Positions 8,624 through 17,533 of a DNA stretch of 32,000 bases are shown here, piece after piece. The notes under the pieces were generated by a model. The model had not been told where the DNA came from and did not search any database. It saw only the letters and a program-made list of their open reading frames with translations. The stretch spans positions 4,830,001-4,862,000 of the forward strand of contig NZ_CP021983.2 of the NCBI RefSeq assembly GCF_002075285.3, given 5' to 3'. The position numbers were made by a program, and so were the translations under genes. This DNA is from Halomicronema hongdechloris C2206. Its GTDB lineage: Bacteria > Cyanobacteriota > Cyanobacteriia > Phormidesmidales > Phormidesmidaceae. Within the stretch, counting starts at the first letter, position 1, and the number at the start of each line of letters is the position of its first letter.

Positions 8624-9637
8624 TTGGCAAATGTCATGAACATTCGGCGATGGATGGCGCGACGGGAAGGCAGTTGGCAACAATTGGCAGTGCTCTTGCA
8701 CCAGGCGGAACGGCGTGGGCTCAGGTCGCTCAGTGGTGAACAGGTGCGGCAGTTGGCCAGCCTCTACCGCTCGGTATCTGCCGATCTGGCTCGAGCCCGT
8801 AGCGAGGCCGGGGGGGAATCTCTGGTGCAGGAGCTGCAGCAGCTGACGAATCGGGCCTATAGCCAGATCTATCAGGGGTCACGGCGACAGGAGTGGCAAT
8901 CGGTGTGGGCCTTCTACAGCCATGGCTTTCCGGCCGTGGTGCGGCAGAGCTGGGCCTACCTTCTAGGGGCGGCTGGATTGCTGATCGGTGGCGGGCTCAT
9001 CGGCGGTTGGCTGGCTTGGTATGATCCTCGCTTCATGGGCCTGGTGCTGGGTCCCGACTTCGTGGCCCAGGTGAATGACAGCCAGGAACTCTGGACCGTT
9101 TCTATTCTTGGGGTAGAGCCGGTGGCCTCCAGTGCCATCATGGTGAACAACATCGCCGTCTCCCTGCGGGCCATCGTGGGGGGGGTGAGCATGCCCTGGC
9201 CGGGGAACGTCATTCCCATGCCACCGGGGCTGTTTACGATTTATTTGCTGGGCTTCAATGGCGTCATGTTAGGGGCGGTGGGAGCCTTGGTGGCCCAGGC
9301 CAATCTGGCCTATGAGCTCTGGGGATTCGTGTTTCCCCATGGGGCCTTGGAACTGCCTGCGATCGCATTGGCCGGAGCCGCCGGATTACTGTTGGCCCGT
9401 TCCATCCTGATGCCGGTTCCCTATCGTCGCATCGACGCCCTTAAGATCTACGGCCTACAGGCCGCCCAGCTGGTCTACGGTCTGGTGCCGATGCTGGTGA
9501 TCGCTGGCGTGATTGAGGGCTTCATTTCACCGCAACCCTGGATCGCCAACGAGATCAAATATCTGTTAGGCACGGGGATATTTGTTGGGTTTGTGCAGTA
9601 TTGTCGCCGGGCGGGAAGGGGGAAGGGGGAAGAGTGA
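8624..9637 (+). CDS. Stage II sporulation protein M-like (DUF95/SpoIIM family) membrane protein
   Basis: The N-terminal soluble helix bundle carries the typical W..L..LL...E...L..LS.EQ...L..LYR..S.DLA.AR pattern, followed by multiple TM helices. The start is TTG at 8624 or ATG at 8636. It is divergent from the 7663-8562 gene. Confidence 0.8.
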   Translation: MANVMNIRRWMARREGSWQQLAVLLHQAERRGLRSLSGEQVRQLASLYRSVSADLARARSEAGGESLVQELQQLTNRAYSQIYQGSRRQEWQSVWAFYSHGFPAVVRQSWAYLLGAAGLLIGGGLIGGWLAWYDPRFMGLVLGPDFVAQVNDSQELWTVSILGVEPVASSAIMVNNIAVSLRAIVGGVSMPWPGNVIPMPPGLFTIYLLGFNGVMLGAVGALVAQANLAYELWGFVFPHGALELPAIALAGAAGLLLARSILMPVPYRRIDALKIYGLQAAQLVYGLVPMLVIAGVIEGFISPQPWIANEIKYLLGTGIFVGFVQYCRRAGRGKGEE

Positions 9638-9675
9638 CGGGTGACGAGTGACGAGTGACGAGTGACGAGTGACGA
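9634..9675. repeat. Heptanucleotide tandem array (GTGACGA) x6, STRR-like
   Basis: GTGACGG followed by five perfect GTGACGA units. The TGA stop of the SpoIIM-like gene (9635-9637) lies inside unit 1. Confidence 0.95.
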
Positions 9676-9697
9676 GAAGGAAGGCCCCACGGGTTGA

Positions 9698-9729
9698 TGA
9701 GTTTTGAGTTTTGAGTTTTGAGTGAGTGA
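9698..9729. repeat. Second heptanucleotide tandem array (TGAGTTT) x3 plus degenerate TGAGTGAGTGA tail
   Basis: Three perfect units at 9698-9718 are followed by TGAGTGAGTGA. It lies 22 nt after the first array. Confidence 0.9.
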
Positions 9730-9807
9730 ATGTTTTGGCTCCCTGTCAAACGGTGGATGGGCGGGCGAGTAGGCCGATAGCGGATAGAGGGTAAGGGGAC
9801 AGGGTAG

Positions 9808-9826
9808 GGGCGCGGTTGCCGCGCCC
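9808..9826. terminator. GC-rich hairpin in a convergent intergenic region (possible bidirectional terminator, no U-tract)
   Basis: GGGCGCGG (9808-9815), TTG, CCGCGCCC (9819-9826) form a perfect 8-bp stem. It lies between the stop at 9637 (+) and the stop at 9843 (-). Confidence 0.35.
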
Positions 9827-9842
9827 AATGCAGAAAACTTCA

Positions 9843-11771
9843 TCACTCCTGACCTTTTCTTAAACAACGCGACTGATGCGACTGTAAGAATACCTCCGTG
9901 GCTGGAGCGTTCATCGGTCGGGCGAAGAGATATCCTTGCCCACATTCACAGCCCAGTTTCCGCAGATATTCCAACTGCTGAGGGGTTTCGATGCCTTCGG
10001 CGACGACGACTTTATTCAGGTTACGGGCCAGTAACAAGATAGTGCGGATGATTTCTAAGCTTTGTTGATCGTGGCCCAATCGACTGACAAAGGATTTGTC
10101 GATCTTGAGGGCGTCGAAGGGGAAGGTATGCAGATAGCTCAGGGATGAATAGCCAGTGCCGAAATCATCGACGGCTAGACTAATGCGGCGGGTTCGTAAT
10201 CTCCTGAGTACACTTATCATCCGAGGTGCATCTGCCATGGTGGCGGTTTCAGTGATCTCCAACTGCAGTTGCTGAGGATTGAGCTGAGTCTGCTGCAAGA
10301 TCCGATCGATGACGGCAAGCATTGTCATCTGGCGCAGCTGTACCACCGATAGATTGACACTTATGGACAAGGGCCCTTGAACGGCATAGTGTTGCCACTG
10401 CTGCAGCTGTTGGCAGGCTTGCTGCAGTACCCATTCCCCTAGGGGGACAATCAGGCCAGTTTGTTCGGCCAAGGGAATAAACTCGCTTGGTGCAATCAGC
10501 CCCCGTTCGGGATGATGCCAGCGCACCAGGGCCTCAAAGCCAAGCAGATGTTGATTGTCTAACGCCAGAATCGGTTGGTAGTGCAGTTGAAACTGCTGTT
10601 GTTCTAAGGCAGTCCGCAAATCGGCATCTAACTGGAGCTGTTGGGCTGCCTGCAGTTGCATGATACGGTCGAAGGTCTCATGGGTAGTGCTCATGGCCTT
10701 AGCTCGATTCATAGCAGTATCTGCTGCCGTCAATAGCTCCTCGGGGGTCATCCGTACCTGAGAACTGAGGACAATGCCAATCTGACTAGTGACAACAATG
10801 CGCAAGTCTTGGACCGTAAAGGACTGATTTAGGGCCTGATGTAAGGTATTGACAATTTGGTTGGCTTCGTAGTCATCTGCCACGGTTTCCAGCAGGATGG
10901 CAAATTCACTGCCCTCTACCCGGGCTAGCAGGCCGGGGGTGGCCAAGCAGGCTTCCAGCCGCTGGGCGACTTTTACCAGAAGAGTTTCAGCAATCTGACG
11001 CCCGAGGCTGTACTTAATCACTTGGAACTGTTCGATATTTAAATAAAGCAGGGCGAAGGGAGTCGTTCTGGGTTCCTGAAGCAATTGCTGCAGCCGTTGC
11101 AGTAGTAAATTGCTCTTGGGTAGCCCCGTTAAGTCATCGTAAAAGGCCAATCGCTGTAAATCTTCCTTGGCCCGCTGCCGGTCGGTGACATCTTGCACCA
11201 TGGAAAGCAGGCCGATGAATCGGCCCTGGTCGTCTTTTAGGGGAGTATTGGTCCACTCACAGATGATTAGGCGACCATCCTTGGTGATATTTTCGTTTAC
11301 ACTGTGGGCGGCCATATCTCCCTGGGCAATACGCTGGAAAATCTGGCTGACTTGAGGATATGCTGAGGAGGGGATAATCAGCTGGTGGGGCTGATAGCCG
11401 AGTATCTCGGATTTGCTATAGCCAAAGATGGCTTCGGCAGCAGGATTCCAGTCGATGATTTGGAGATCCTGATCGCACAGGACACAACCAATAGGCATGC
11501 GGTCAATCTGTAGCTGCAGCTGTTCCTGGAGTTGTTTGGTGCGCTCAAAGCTATGTTTCAAAGACTGCTGGCTGCGATCGATTAAGCCATATAATGCCAA
11601 GCTAGTTACTAAGACATAGCCCCAGCCCTTAATCGTCTGCAGGCGAGCGGCCATTGTCAGATCATCGGTAATTAGCTCGACTAGGTAATCAGAAAATAGA
11701 ATCCAGAGACTACCTGAGAAGGCATATCCCAAAACAATCAGCAGGACTTGCTGTCTAGAAGAGAGCTGCAT
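9843..11771 (-). CDS. Membrane-anchored PAS-GGDEF(degenerate)-EAL c-di-GMP signalling protein
   Basis: Two N-terminal TM helices and a coiled coil precede a PAS domain (MPIGCVLCD...[11 protein letters not shown]). The GGDEF domain has EGSEF in place of GG[DE]EF (nt 10902-10916). The EAL domain keeps all conserved motifs I know: [42 protein letters not shown]. Confidence 0.9.
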   Translation of the reverse strand: MQLSSRQQVLLIVLGYAFSGSLWILFSDYLVELITDDLTMAARLQTIKGWGYVLVTSLALYGLIDRSQQSLKHSFERTKQLQEQLQLQIDRMPIGCVLCDQDLQIIDWNPAAEAIFGYSKSEILGYQPHQLIIPSSAYPQVSQIFQRIAQGDMAAHSVNENITKDGRLIICEWTNTPLKDDQGRFIGLLSMVQDVTDRQRAKEDLQRLAFYDDLTGLPKSNLLLQRLQQLLQEPRTTPFALLYLNIEQFQVIKYSLGRQIAETLLVKVAQRLEACLATPGLLARVEGSEFAILLETVADDYEANQIVNTLHQALNQSFTVQDLRIVVTSQIGIVLSSQVRMTPEELLTAADTAMNRAKAMSTTHETFDRIMQLQAAQQLQLDADLRTALEQQQFQLHYQPILALDNQHLLGFEALVRWHHPERGLIAPSEFIPLAEQTGLIVPLGEWVLQQACQQLQQWQHYAVQGPLSISVNLSVVQLRQMTMLAVIDRILQQTQLNPQQLQLEITETATMADAPRMISVLRRLRTRRISLAVDDFGTGYSSLSYLHTFPFDALKIDKSFVSRLGHDQQSLEIIRTILLLARNLNKVVVAEGIETPQQLEYLRKLGCECGQGYLFARPMNAPATEVFLQSHQSRCLRKGQE

Positions 11772-11910
11772 CAGTGTAAGAACTCCAAATATGCACGAGC
11801 TCAGTACTCGTAAGACTATCCATTAGCTAAATTCAGAGACTAGTACTATGCTCTACTAGGCAGCGAGCGGCCCATGAAGCTCGCCATCATATCTGAGTGA
11901 ACCTCTATGC

Positions 11911-11954
11911 TAAATTCTAAATTCAACATCTAAATTCAACATCTAAATTCAACA
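11911..11954. repeat. 13-nt tandem repeat TAAATTCAACATC (about 3.4 units)
   Basis: A partial TAAATTC at 11911-11917 is followed by perfect units at 11918-11930 and 11931-11943 and a truncated unit at 11944-11954. It lies 140-183 nt upstream of the GGDEF/EAL start codon (11771, minus strand). Confidence 0.95.
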
Positions 11955-12117
11955 GACAAACGAATCCAAGATGGCTAGGCGAGTTTTGATTGGGTCGATC
12001 TTTAAGTCAATTTAATGGGCAAGGCGTATAGGCAGCAGCGAGGCGCAGCCGTAGTTATTTGGCGGAAAACCCACAAGAATTTACACTCCTTAATATAATG
12101 CAATTGTTTTATATTCC

Positions 12118-12133
12118 GGTGATTTAAATCACC
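12118..12133. repeat. Perfect 16-bp palindrome GGTGATTTAAATCACC
   Basis: Read directly. It lies in an AT-rich 481-bp non-coding stretch next to a second AT palindrome, AATATAA-N10-TTATATT (about 12092-12115). Confidence 0.8.
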
Positions 12134-12252
12134 TCTAACCCATTGGCTGCTCCAGTCGTAGGTACTTGTGATAAGGCGTAGTGATAGTACGCATATACAT
12201 AGCATCCAGGCCAAGGCAGAGGAAATCGCCAGAACGAGCGGTCTCCCAGCTT

Positions 12253-13572
12253 CTATAGACGGCCTTTCGCCTTGATGCGCAGGTATTCATCCACCAGAGC
12301 CTCGCTGATCTGAGGAGCGGGGGCATCCAGCACCAGGGTTCCCCGTTGTCTTAACTGCACGAAGGCGGCCTGGCGTTGGGCCAGTAGATCTAGGGCCACG
12401 GCGCGCCCATAGGCGGCTATCACCTCGGTGGTGAAGGTGTGGGCTTGGCGATCTACCTGGGGGTCTCGCAGGGTGACGCAGAAGGGCAAATAGCGAGGCC
12501 GCAGGCGCATCAGGGCCGAGAGCAACTCCGCCGAGGCGGTGCTATCGACAATATCGGTGAGTAATACCACTAGGGCTCGCCGGGGCTGCTGCTGAACGAC
12601 GGTGGTGACGGCCCCCAAATAGTCGGATTCCTGCAACACGGGTTGCAGCGGCGTCAACTGTTCCAAAAAACGTGTCAGGCGAGACGAGCCCCCTTGGGGG
12701 GGCAGCCAAGTGGTGAGGGTGCGATGGAAGACGCCGATGCCGACCCGATCACCGCGGTGGAGGCCAGCCATGGCCAGGGCGAGGGTAGCGTTGAGGCCCC
12801 AATCGAAGCGGCTCAACCCGCCGACTCGGGAGGTCATCAGGCGACCTTGATCCAGCAGTACGATCAGAGTTTGCTCTCGCTCGGGCTCTAGTACCCGCAC
12901 CAAGGGCTGGTGATGACGAGCGGTGGCCTTCCAGTCGATCAGGCGGGGATCGTCGCCTATCCCGTAGTTCCGCAGCTCCGTAAATTCGGTGCCAACCCCT
13001 AATCGTCGGGCCTGGCGCAGGGTGCCGGTAGACTGCAGGGCCAGGCGCACTGAGAGGGCTCTGAGGCCTAACAAGTCGGGATATACGGCAACGGTAGTGG
13101 CGGCCGTGATGGTCCAATCTACCCAGGCCAGGCCCCAAGGACTGCGCTGGCGTACCTGGAGATCGCCCCAGGCAAATTCTCCCCGCTGGGTGGGATGCAC
13201 GTGGAAGCTAAGGGTTTGGTGCTGCCGAGGAGCTAGGCTGACCCGTAGCGGCATGGCAGTGCCGCCGCAGGTCGCAGGATAGTTGTCGTAGATTTGCATG
13301 TCGCCTCCCCAAGCGCCCGACTGCACCTCTAGGGTGATGATGTTGTCACGACCAATGGACAGGCGAGATAAGGGGGAACGAGTTACCTGTAACCGCTGCG
13401 ACCGGAGGCGGTGACCATCTACAATCATGAGCACCAGGAGCCCACTGTCTACGGCAAGCAGCATCAGGAAACCTAAACCCAGGGACTGACGGCTGGGGAT
13501 GAGGCCACTAACCAAGGGTGCGATCGCACCGACAATCAACAACCACCGATAGAGCCGGGTCGTCGGGATCAT
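12253..13572 (-). CDS. DUF58 family protein (vWA-like partner of MoxR ATPases)
   Basis: N-terminal TM helices are followed by the DUF58 signature ...FTELRNYGIGDDPRLIDWKATARHHQPLVRVLEPEREQTLIVLLDQGRLM.... The ORF track extends to GTG at 13596. ATG at 13572 lies 4 nt after the MoxR stop and avoids a 20-nt overlap. Confidence 0.85.
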   Translation of the reverse strand: MIPTTRLYRWLLIVGAIAPLVSGLIPSRQSLGLGFLMLLAVDSGLLVLMIVDGHRLRSQRLQVTRSPLSRLSIGRDNIITLEVQSGAWGGDMQIYDNYPATCGGTAMPLRVSLAPRQHQTLSFHVHPTQRGEFAWGDLQVRQRSPWGLAWVDWTITAATTVAVYPDLLGLRALSVRLALQSTGTLRQARRLGVGTEFTELRNYGIGDDPRLIDWKATARHHQPLVRVLEPEREQTLIVLLDQGRLMTSRVGGLSRFDWGLNATLALAMAGLHRGDRVGIGVFHRTLTTWLPPQGGSSRLTRFLEQLTPLQPVLQESDYLGAVTTVVQQQPRRALVVLLTDIVDSTASAELLSALMRLRPRYLPFCVTLRDPQVDRQAHTFTTEVIAAYGRAVALDLLAQRQAAFVQLRQRGTLVLDAPAPQISEALVDEYLRIKAKGRL

Positions 13573-13576
13573 CGCC

Positions 13577-14521
13577 TTACCGGGGCACCGGCACACTCTG
13601 CAGTATCCCCTGAATCACGGCTTCCGGGGTGAGGCCATCGAGCTGGGCCTCCGGCCCTAGCAGCAAGCGATGGCGCAACAGGGGTGGGGCCAGCCCCTTG
13701 ACATCATCGGGGGTGACATAGTCCCGCCCCTGCAGCCAGGCATGGGCCTTACTGGCCTGCAACCACAGCACCGCCGAGCGAGGGGATGTGCCCAGGGTCA
13801 GATCCCCATGCTGACGGGTCTTGTGGACTAAGGCCAGCACATAGTCCAACACCGATTCCTGCACCGTCACCTGCTGCACCCCTTGCCGGGCGGTCAAGAT
13901 CTCCTGGGCGGTGGCCAGGGGCTGCACCGACTGCAGCCGCCGGGCCTCGAAGCCAGCTTGGGCGTTTAGCAGCATCTGCTTCTCGGCCTGGGGATCTGGA
14001 TAGGCCACCTGTAACTTGAACAAAAACCGATCTAGCTGAGCCTCGGGGAGGGGATAGGTGCCCTCAAACTCCAGTGGATTCTGGGTGGCAATCACCCAAA
14101 ACAGATCCGATAAGGCATGGCGAGTCCCGTCTAGGGTAACCTGTTGTTCTTCCATGGCCTCCAGCAGGGCCGCCTGGGTCTTGGGCGGCGTGCGATTGAT
14201 CTCATCGGCCAACAGCACCTGGGTAAAGACCGGTCCCCGCTTCAGGGTAAAACGGCGGCTATTGAGGTCAAACACATTGGTGCCAATGATATCTGAGGGC
14301 AAAATGTCCGGCGTCAGCTGGATGCGGCAAAAGTCTGCCTGCATCAGCTGGGCCAGCACCTTGACCACCAGGGTCTTGCCAGTGCCCGGCACCCCTTCCA
14401 AAATCACGTGTCCCCCGGCCAACAAGGCCACCAGCAAGTGCTCCACCAAGGTGCCTTGGCCCACCACCACCCGGCTGAGCGCCTGGCCAACGCGATGTAA
14501 CGAAGTGTGGGACTCAGTCAT
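13577..14521 (-). CDS. moxR: MoxR-family AAA+ ATPase
   Basis: Walker A is GVPGTGKT and Walker B is LLADEINR, and the typical MoxR stretch [18 protein letters not shown] is present. At 314 aa the length fits the family. Confidence 0.93.
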   Translation of the reverse strand: MTESHTSLHRVGQALSRVVVGQGTLVEHLLVALLAGGHVILEGVPGTGKTLVVKVLAQLMQADFCRIQLTPDILPSDIIGTNVFDLNSRRFTLKRGPVFTQVLLADEINRTPPKTQAALLEAMEEQQVTLDGTRHALSDLFWVIATQNPLEFEGTYPLPEAQLDRFLFKLQVAYPDPQAEKQMLLNAQAGFEARRLQSVQPLATAQEILTARQGVQQVTVQESVLDYVLALVHKTRQHGDLTLGTSPRSAVLWLQASKAHAWLQGRDYVTPDDVKGLAPPLLRHRLLLGPEAQLDGLTPEAVIQGILQSVPVPR

Positions 14522-15612
14522 AGATCACGGGAATGCAGGACATGGAGACGACGTAACCACTCTCGCAGAGTCATTGTATTCAAGCTAGTGGGCGGAGTCA
14601 GGGGATGTAGCTCGGTTGCCGCGCCCCCCGTGGCCTGATGCCAGGCCGTGGCCAGGGTAGCATCATCCACCGGCCCTGTTCCTAGGCCTAAGCGCTGCTG
14701 CAACTGCTGCCGCTCCGCCGCTGCTAGGGCATCGACCACGAACTGATGGCTATTGGCCTTGTATAGCACTTCCGCCAGGGCCTGAATATAGGCGGTGCTG
14801 TTATCCACCACTGGGGGATGGATTGCCTGGGGAGCCCCGAGATACCGGTTCTGGGCCCACCCGATCAGTAGGCAAATCACTACTATTTGGCCGCATACCA
14901 ACACCAGCGGGGTCTGGGCTAGGTAGGTGAGCCAGCTACTGGCCCCTGCTGTGGCCGAGGCTTCAGCCTCCCGGTAACCATGGAGATACTCATCTACCCA
15001 GATCGGTCCCCCGGCTTGGGTGACCAGGTCGGCCAGCCAGGGAAAGTTGCCCGCTGCCTGCTGGTAAGCATTGGCGGCCAAATGGGGTGTCACCGCTAGA
15101 ATCAGTTGACCGGCGGACTGGGGCTGTCGCCAGACAATCAGACCCTGATCGTCCTGCAGTAAGGGGGTCCCTTTCTCGGCGGCTTGCCGCCGTCGGGTGG
15201 CGATGGTGACGGGGCCCCGATCACTGGGGATCTGGGTCTCAAAGGGGGCCGCCGTGACCGGGTAGCTCAAGCCCAACACGACCAGGGTGTTGCCTCGGCG
15301 CAGCCAATCGTCCAACCAGGGCCGCTGGGCCCAACTGCCCTCGACCGACCAGAAAGTTGGATGAATCTGCACCAGGGTGGCTGGTTCTTGGTCGCGGCGC
15401 TGTTTCAGTAGATCAGCGACAGGCTGCTGCCAACGCTGAATCGCGACCCCTTGTGCTTCCATGTAGTCATACCAAGCGGCATAGCCATCGGGATTGCGAT
15501 TCCAGGTGGAGCCACTGGCCAGGGAGAAGGCACTGGGGGTCGATAGGGACAGCAGACCCAGGAGCAATAGCAGACCCATCCCGAATAGCAACCAGAGCCG
15601 TCGTTGCCTCAT
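14518..15612 (-). CDS. DUF4350-like membrane-anchored protein
   Basis: An N-terminal signal/TM segment is followed by the [16 protein letters not shown] motif typical of DUF4350, with a late TM helix. The stop overlaps the moxR ATG (ATGA at 14518-14521). Confidence 0.75.
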   Translation of the reverse strand: MRQRRLWLLFGMGLLLLLGLLSLSTPSAFSLASGSTWNRNPDGYAAWYDYMEAQGVAIQRWQQPVADLLKQRRDQEPATLVQIHPTFWSVEGSWAQRPWLDDWLRRGNTLVVLGLSYPVTAAPFETQIPSDRGPVTIATRRRQAAEKGTPLLQDDQGLIVWRQPQSAGQLILAVTPHLAANAYQQAAGNFPWLADLVTQAGGPIWVDEYLHGYREAEASATAGASSWLTYLAQTPLVLVCGQIVVICLLIGWAQNRYLGAPQAIHPPVVDNSTAYIQALAEVLYKANSHQFVVDALAAAERQQLQQRLGLGTGPVDDATLATAWHQATGGAATELHPLTPPTSLNTMTLREWLRRLHVLHSRDL

Positions 15613-16190
15613 GGCCGCATGATCTCCTGAAAGGCGCGGCGACAGCGCTCGTAGGTGTCGGCCGCGGCGGGATGGTTGCCAAACTCCAGGCGCTCGTGGG
15701 TGCGAATTAAGAGTTGATAGGGGCGAGGCTGGGCCAGTTGGCTCACTTGGTCGAGGTAGTCGCCGTCGGTGTAACTGGGATTGGCGGGCAGGTGCTGCTG
15801 TTGGTGCAGATATTGCAGGGCAGCTAGATAGAGAATATGGCAGGCTTGTCGGTAGTCACCCTGTTGGGCCCAGTGCTGGGCCTGCTGCCATCTCACCGGG
15901 GAAGAGGCTGCCTGGGAGGTCGATACCGAGGTCGGCCGCCGCCGTTGCCACTGGCCCGGCTGGTGCCACCAATTGGCCCCCATCCTATAGAGCATCCAGG
16001 CCAACCATAGCCCTAGTCCGGCCAAGATTAGCCCCAGCAGCACTTGTCTCAGGGGCTCCGGCAACGTCCACTGGGGGGAATCAGCGGGCTGCCATTGCCA
16101 GCGAGACCAAAAAAATTCCCAGGCTTCCCCGAGTCGTTGCAGCAGGAGCCGCAGTTGCCAGCCCAGGTTGCTGGTTGCATAAGCATCCAT
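15609..16190 (-). CDS. DUF4129-like protein
   Basis: A TM segment is followed by the C-terminal motif WAQQGDYRQACHILYLAALQYL...PSYTDGDYL, characteristic of DUF4129. The stop overlaps the DUF4350 ATG (ATGA at 15609-15612). Confidence 0.75.
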   Translation of the reverse strand: MDAYATSNLGWQLRLLLQRLGEAWEFFWSRWQWQPADSPQWTLPEPLRQVLLGLILAGLGLWLAWMLYRMGANWWHQPGQWQRRRPTSVSTSQAASSPVRWQQAQHWAQQGDYRQACHILYLAALQYLHQQQHLPANPSYTDGDYLDQVSQLAQPRPYQLLIRTHERLEFGNHPAAADTYERCRRAFQEIMRP

Positions 16191-16291
16191 GGCATGATGG
16201 TGACCTGCGGCTCAATTATAGGCTCAATTCTGGGTTCCTTGGCACGGTTGCGATCGCACCGGCGTCTCTACCCTTCTGCAGCGACCTACCT

Positions 16292-16907
16292 ATGGCAAAT
16301 CATGCCTGCATCCTGGTCACGGGGCCCACCCGCTCAGGCAAGAGTGAGTGGGCCGAACAGCTGGCGCTCCAGTCGGCGCGACCGGTGATTTATGTGGCCA
16401 CAGCCCAACGGGATCCGCAGGATCTAGCGTGGCAGCAACGCATCGATCGGCATCGGCAGCGGCGTCCATCCCATTGGCAGACCCCGAGAGGTCCCTACCG
16501 ACTTGGCTGCCACCCTGCTCACCATTCCAGCCGACGCTTGTGTGCTAGTCGATTCCCTGGGCACCTGGCTGACGAATCTAGTAGACCTGCCCGAGGCCGA
16601 GTGGCGGCAACGGCAAACCCAGTTCTTGCAGAGTCTGGCCCAGGCTACCTGTCAGGTGATTCTGGTGGCAGAAGAGACGGGCTGGGGGGTGGTGCCGGCC
16701 TATCCCCTGGGGCGCACCTTTTGCGATCGCATGGGGCGGCTCACCCGGCAGGTGGGGCAATTAGCCGATCCGGTTTATCTGGTGGTGGCCGGCCCATGCC
16801 ATCGATCTGCGCACCTGGGGGCAAACCGTCCCCCACGGGTGGCCGATAATCTTAAGCTCAGCAAACATCTGACTGCCGCTAGAACCAGTCAGGCGCAACA
16901 GCGTTAG
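16292..16907 (+). pseudogene. cobU: Adenosylcobinamide kinase / adenosylcobinamide-phosphate guanylyltransferase (CobU/CobP type), frameshifted as assembled
   Basis: The N-terminal half runs from ATG 16292 (MANHACILVTGPTRSGKSEWAE...VIYVATAQ...RIDRHRQRRPSHWQT). The C-terminal half is in another frame (..VPTDLAATLLTIPADACVLVDSLGTWLTNL...VILVAEETGWGVVPAYPLGRTFCDRMGRLTRQVGQLADPVYLVVAG). The frames join if one C is removed from CCCC at 16482-16485, giving WQTREVPTDL (compare Salmonella CobU ...HWRTAECW...). The 3' end is uncertain: the third frame after VVAG reads HAIDLRTW..., which looks more CobU-like than the tail ending at 16907 and hints at a second shift near 16788-16796. Confidence 0.8.
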
Positions 16908-17035
16908 GATCGCAGTAGGCCGGCAATGCCGACGGCAAATTGCCGAGTGGCATCGAGTCCAGCTTGAAATTCAGCGCAGCGTCTTTTCTACAGCCAGCCT
17001 TCAGGCCTCTATTTTGGCGACACCGGAACTATCCT

Positions 17036-17533
17036 ATGGCTTCTCCCGAAAGTGTTCGAGACTACTTGGCCCACTGGTTTCAGCTGGGTAAGCCCGTCGT
17101 CATCCACAACGGCGATGAGACCCGGTTGCCCCAGCCCATTTTTCAGGGCAATCGCTATAGCCCTGCCTTCGAGGCGTGCTGGCAGCAGATTCTAGCCACC
17201 GATGGCCAGGGGTGTTATTTGGCAGGCAGCAACGAAAGTCTGGCCACCCTACTCTCATCGGCTTGGGACATTACCGACTGTGCCCGCTGCCGCATGCCAG
17301 TAACCACGCCAGTTCTAGGGGTCTCCACTGGTCCCTGTCCCTGCCACGACATCGTCGGTTGGCCCAATACCGAATTACCAGCGCCGCGCCTATCGGTCGA
17401 CACCCAGTCCCATCTTAAAGAGCTCCAAACTCGCCTGCAGCAGGTAAAAGGCCATCCTGACGCGGCCTGCCGCCAACCCTATGAGCCCGCCGATGTCGCC
17501 AAGGCCATCTCTGGCTGTCGCGGCACCGCATAG
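17036..17533 (+). CDS. Conserved hypothetical protein (Cys-rich CxxC...CPC region)
   Basis: The ORF at 16940-17533 is trimmed to ATG 17036 ([22 protein letters not shown]...). No domain was recognised. The 3' end overlaps the 3' end of rnz by 55 nt, in convergent orientation. Confidence 0.6.
   Translation: MASPESVRDYLAHWFQLGKPVVIHNGDETRLPQPIFQGNRYSPAFEACWQQILATDGQGCYLAGSNESLATLLSSAWDITDCARCRMPVTTPVLGVSTGPCPCHDIVGWPNTELPAPRLSVDTQSHLKELQTRLQQVKGHPDAACRQPYEPADVAKAISGCRGTA

Noticed and set aside
9813-9826. 14-mer CGGTTGCCGCGCCC shared between the 9808-9826 hairpin and the coding sequence at 14613-14626.
   Set aside because: A single 14-nt match within 32 kb of GC-rich DNA is within chance expectation, and the second copy has no hairpin partner.
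9634-11954. Whether the tandem arrays (heptamers at 9634-9729, 13-mers at 11911-11954) could be CRISPR arrays.
   Set aside because: The units are 7-13 nt and directly abutting with no spacers. There is no 24-40 nt repeat, no leader, and no cas genes in the window.
14058-14588. 176-aa plus-strand ORF antisense to moxR. Similar long alternative-frame or antisense ORFs occur at 7679-8305, 9475-9945, 12749-13138, 12989-13282, 20461-20964, 21184-21603 and 23072-23611.
   Set aside because: They lie fully inside genes with strong family signatures. Their translations are Arg/Pro/Gly/Ala-rich low-complexity strings, as expected from stop-codon scarcity in high-G+C DNA, and they have no independent start or RBS context.
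16175-16291. ORF-track N-terminal extension of the cobU-like gene (start at 16175), overlapping the DUF4129 gene start.
   Set aside because: The extension (MHKHPWHDGDLRLNYRL...) precedes the conserved CobU N-terminus. MANHACILVTGPTRSGKS from ATG 16292 matches the family start.
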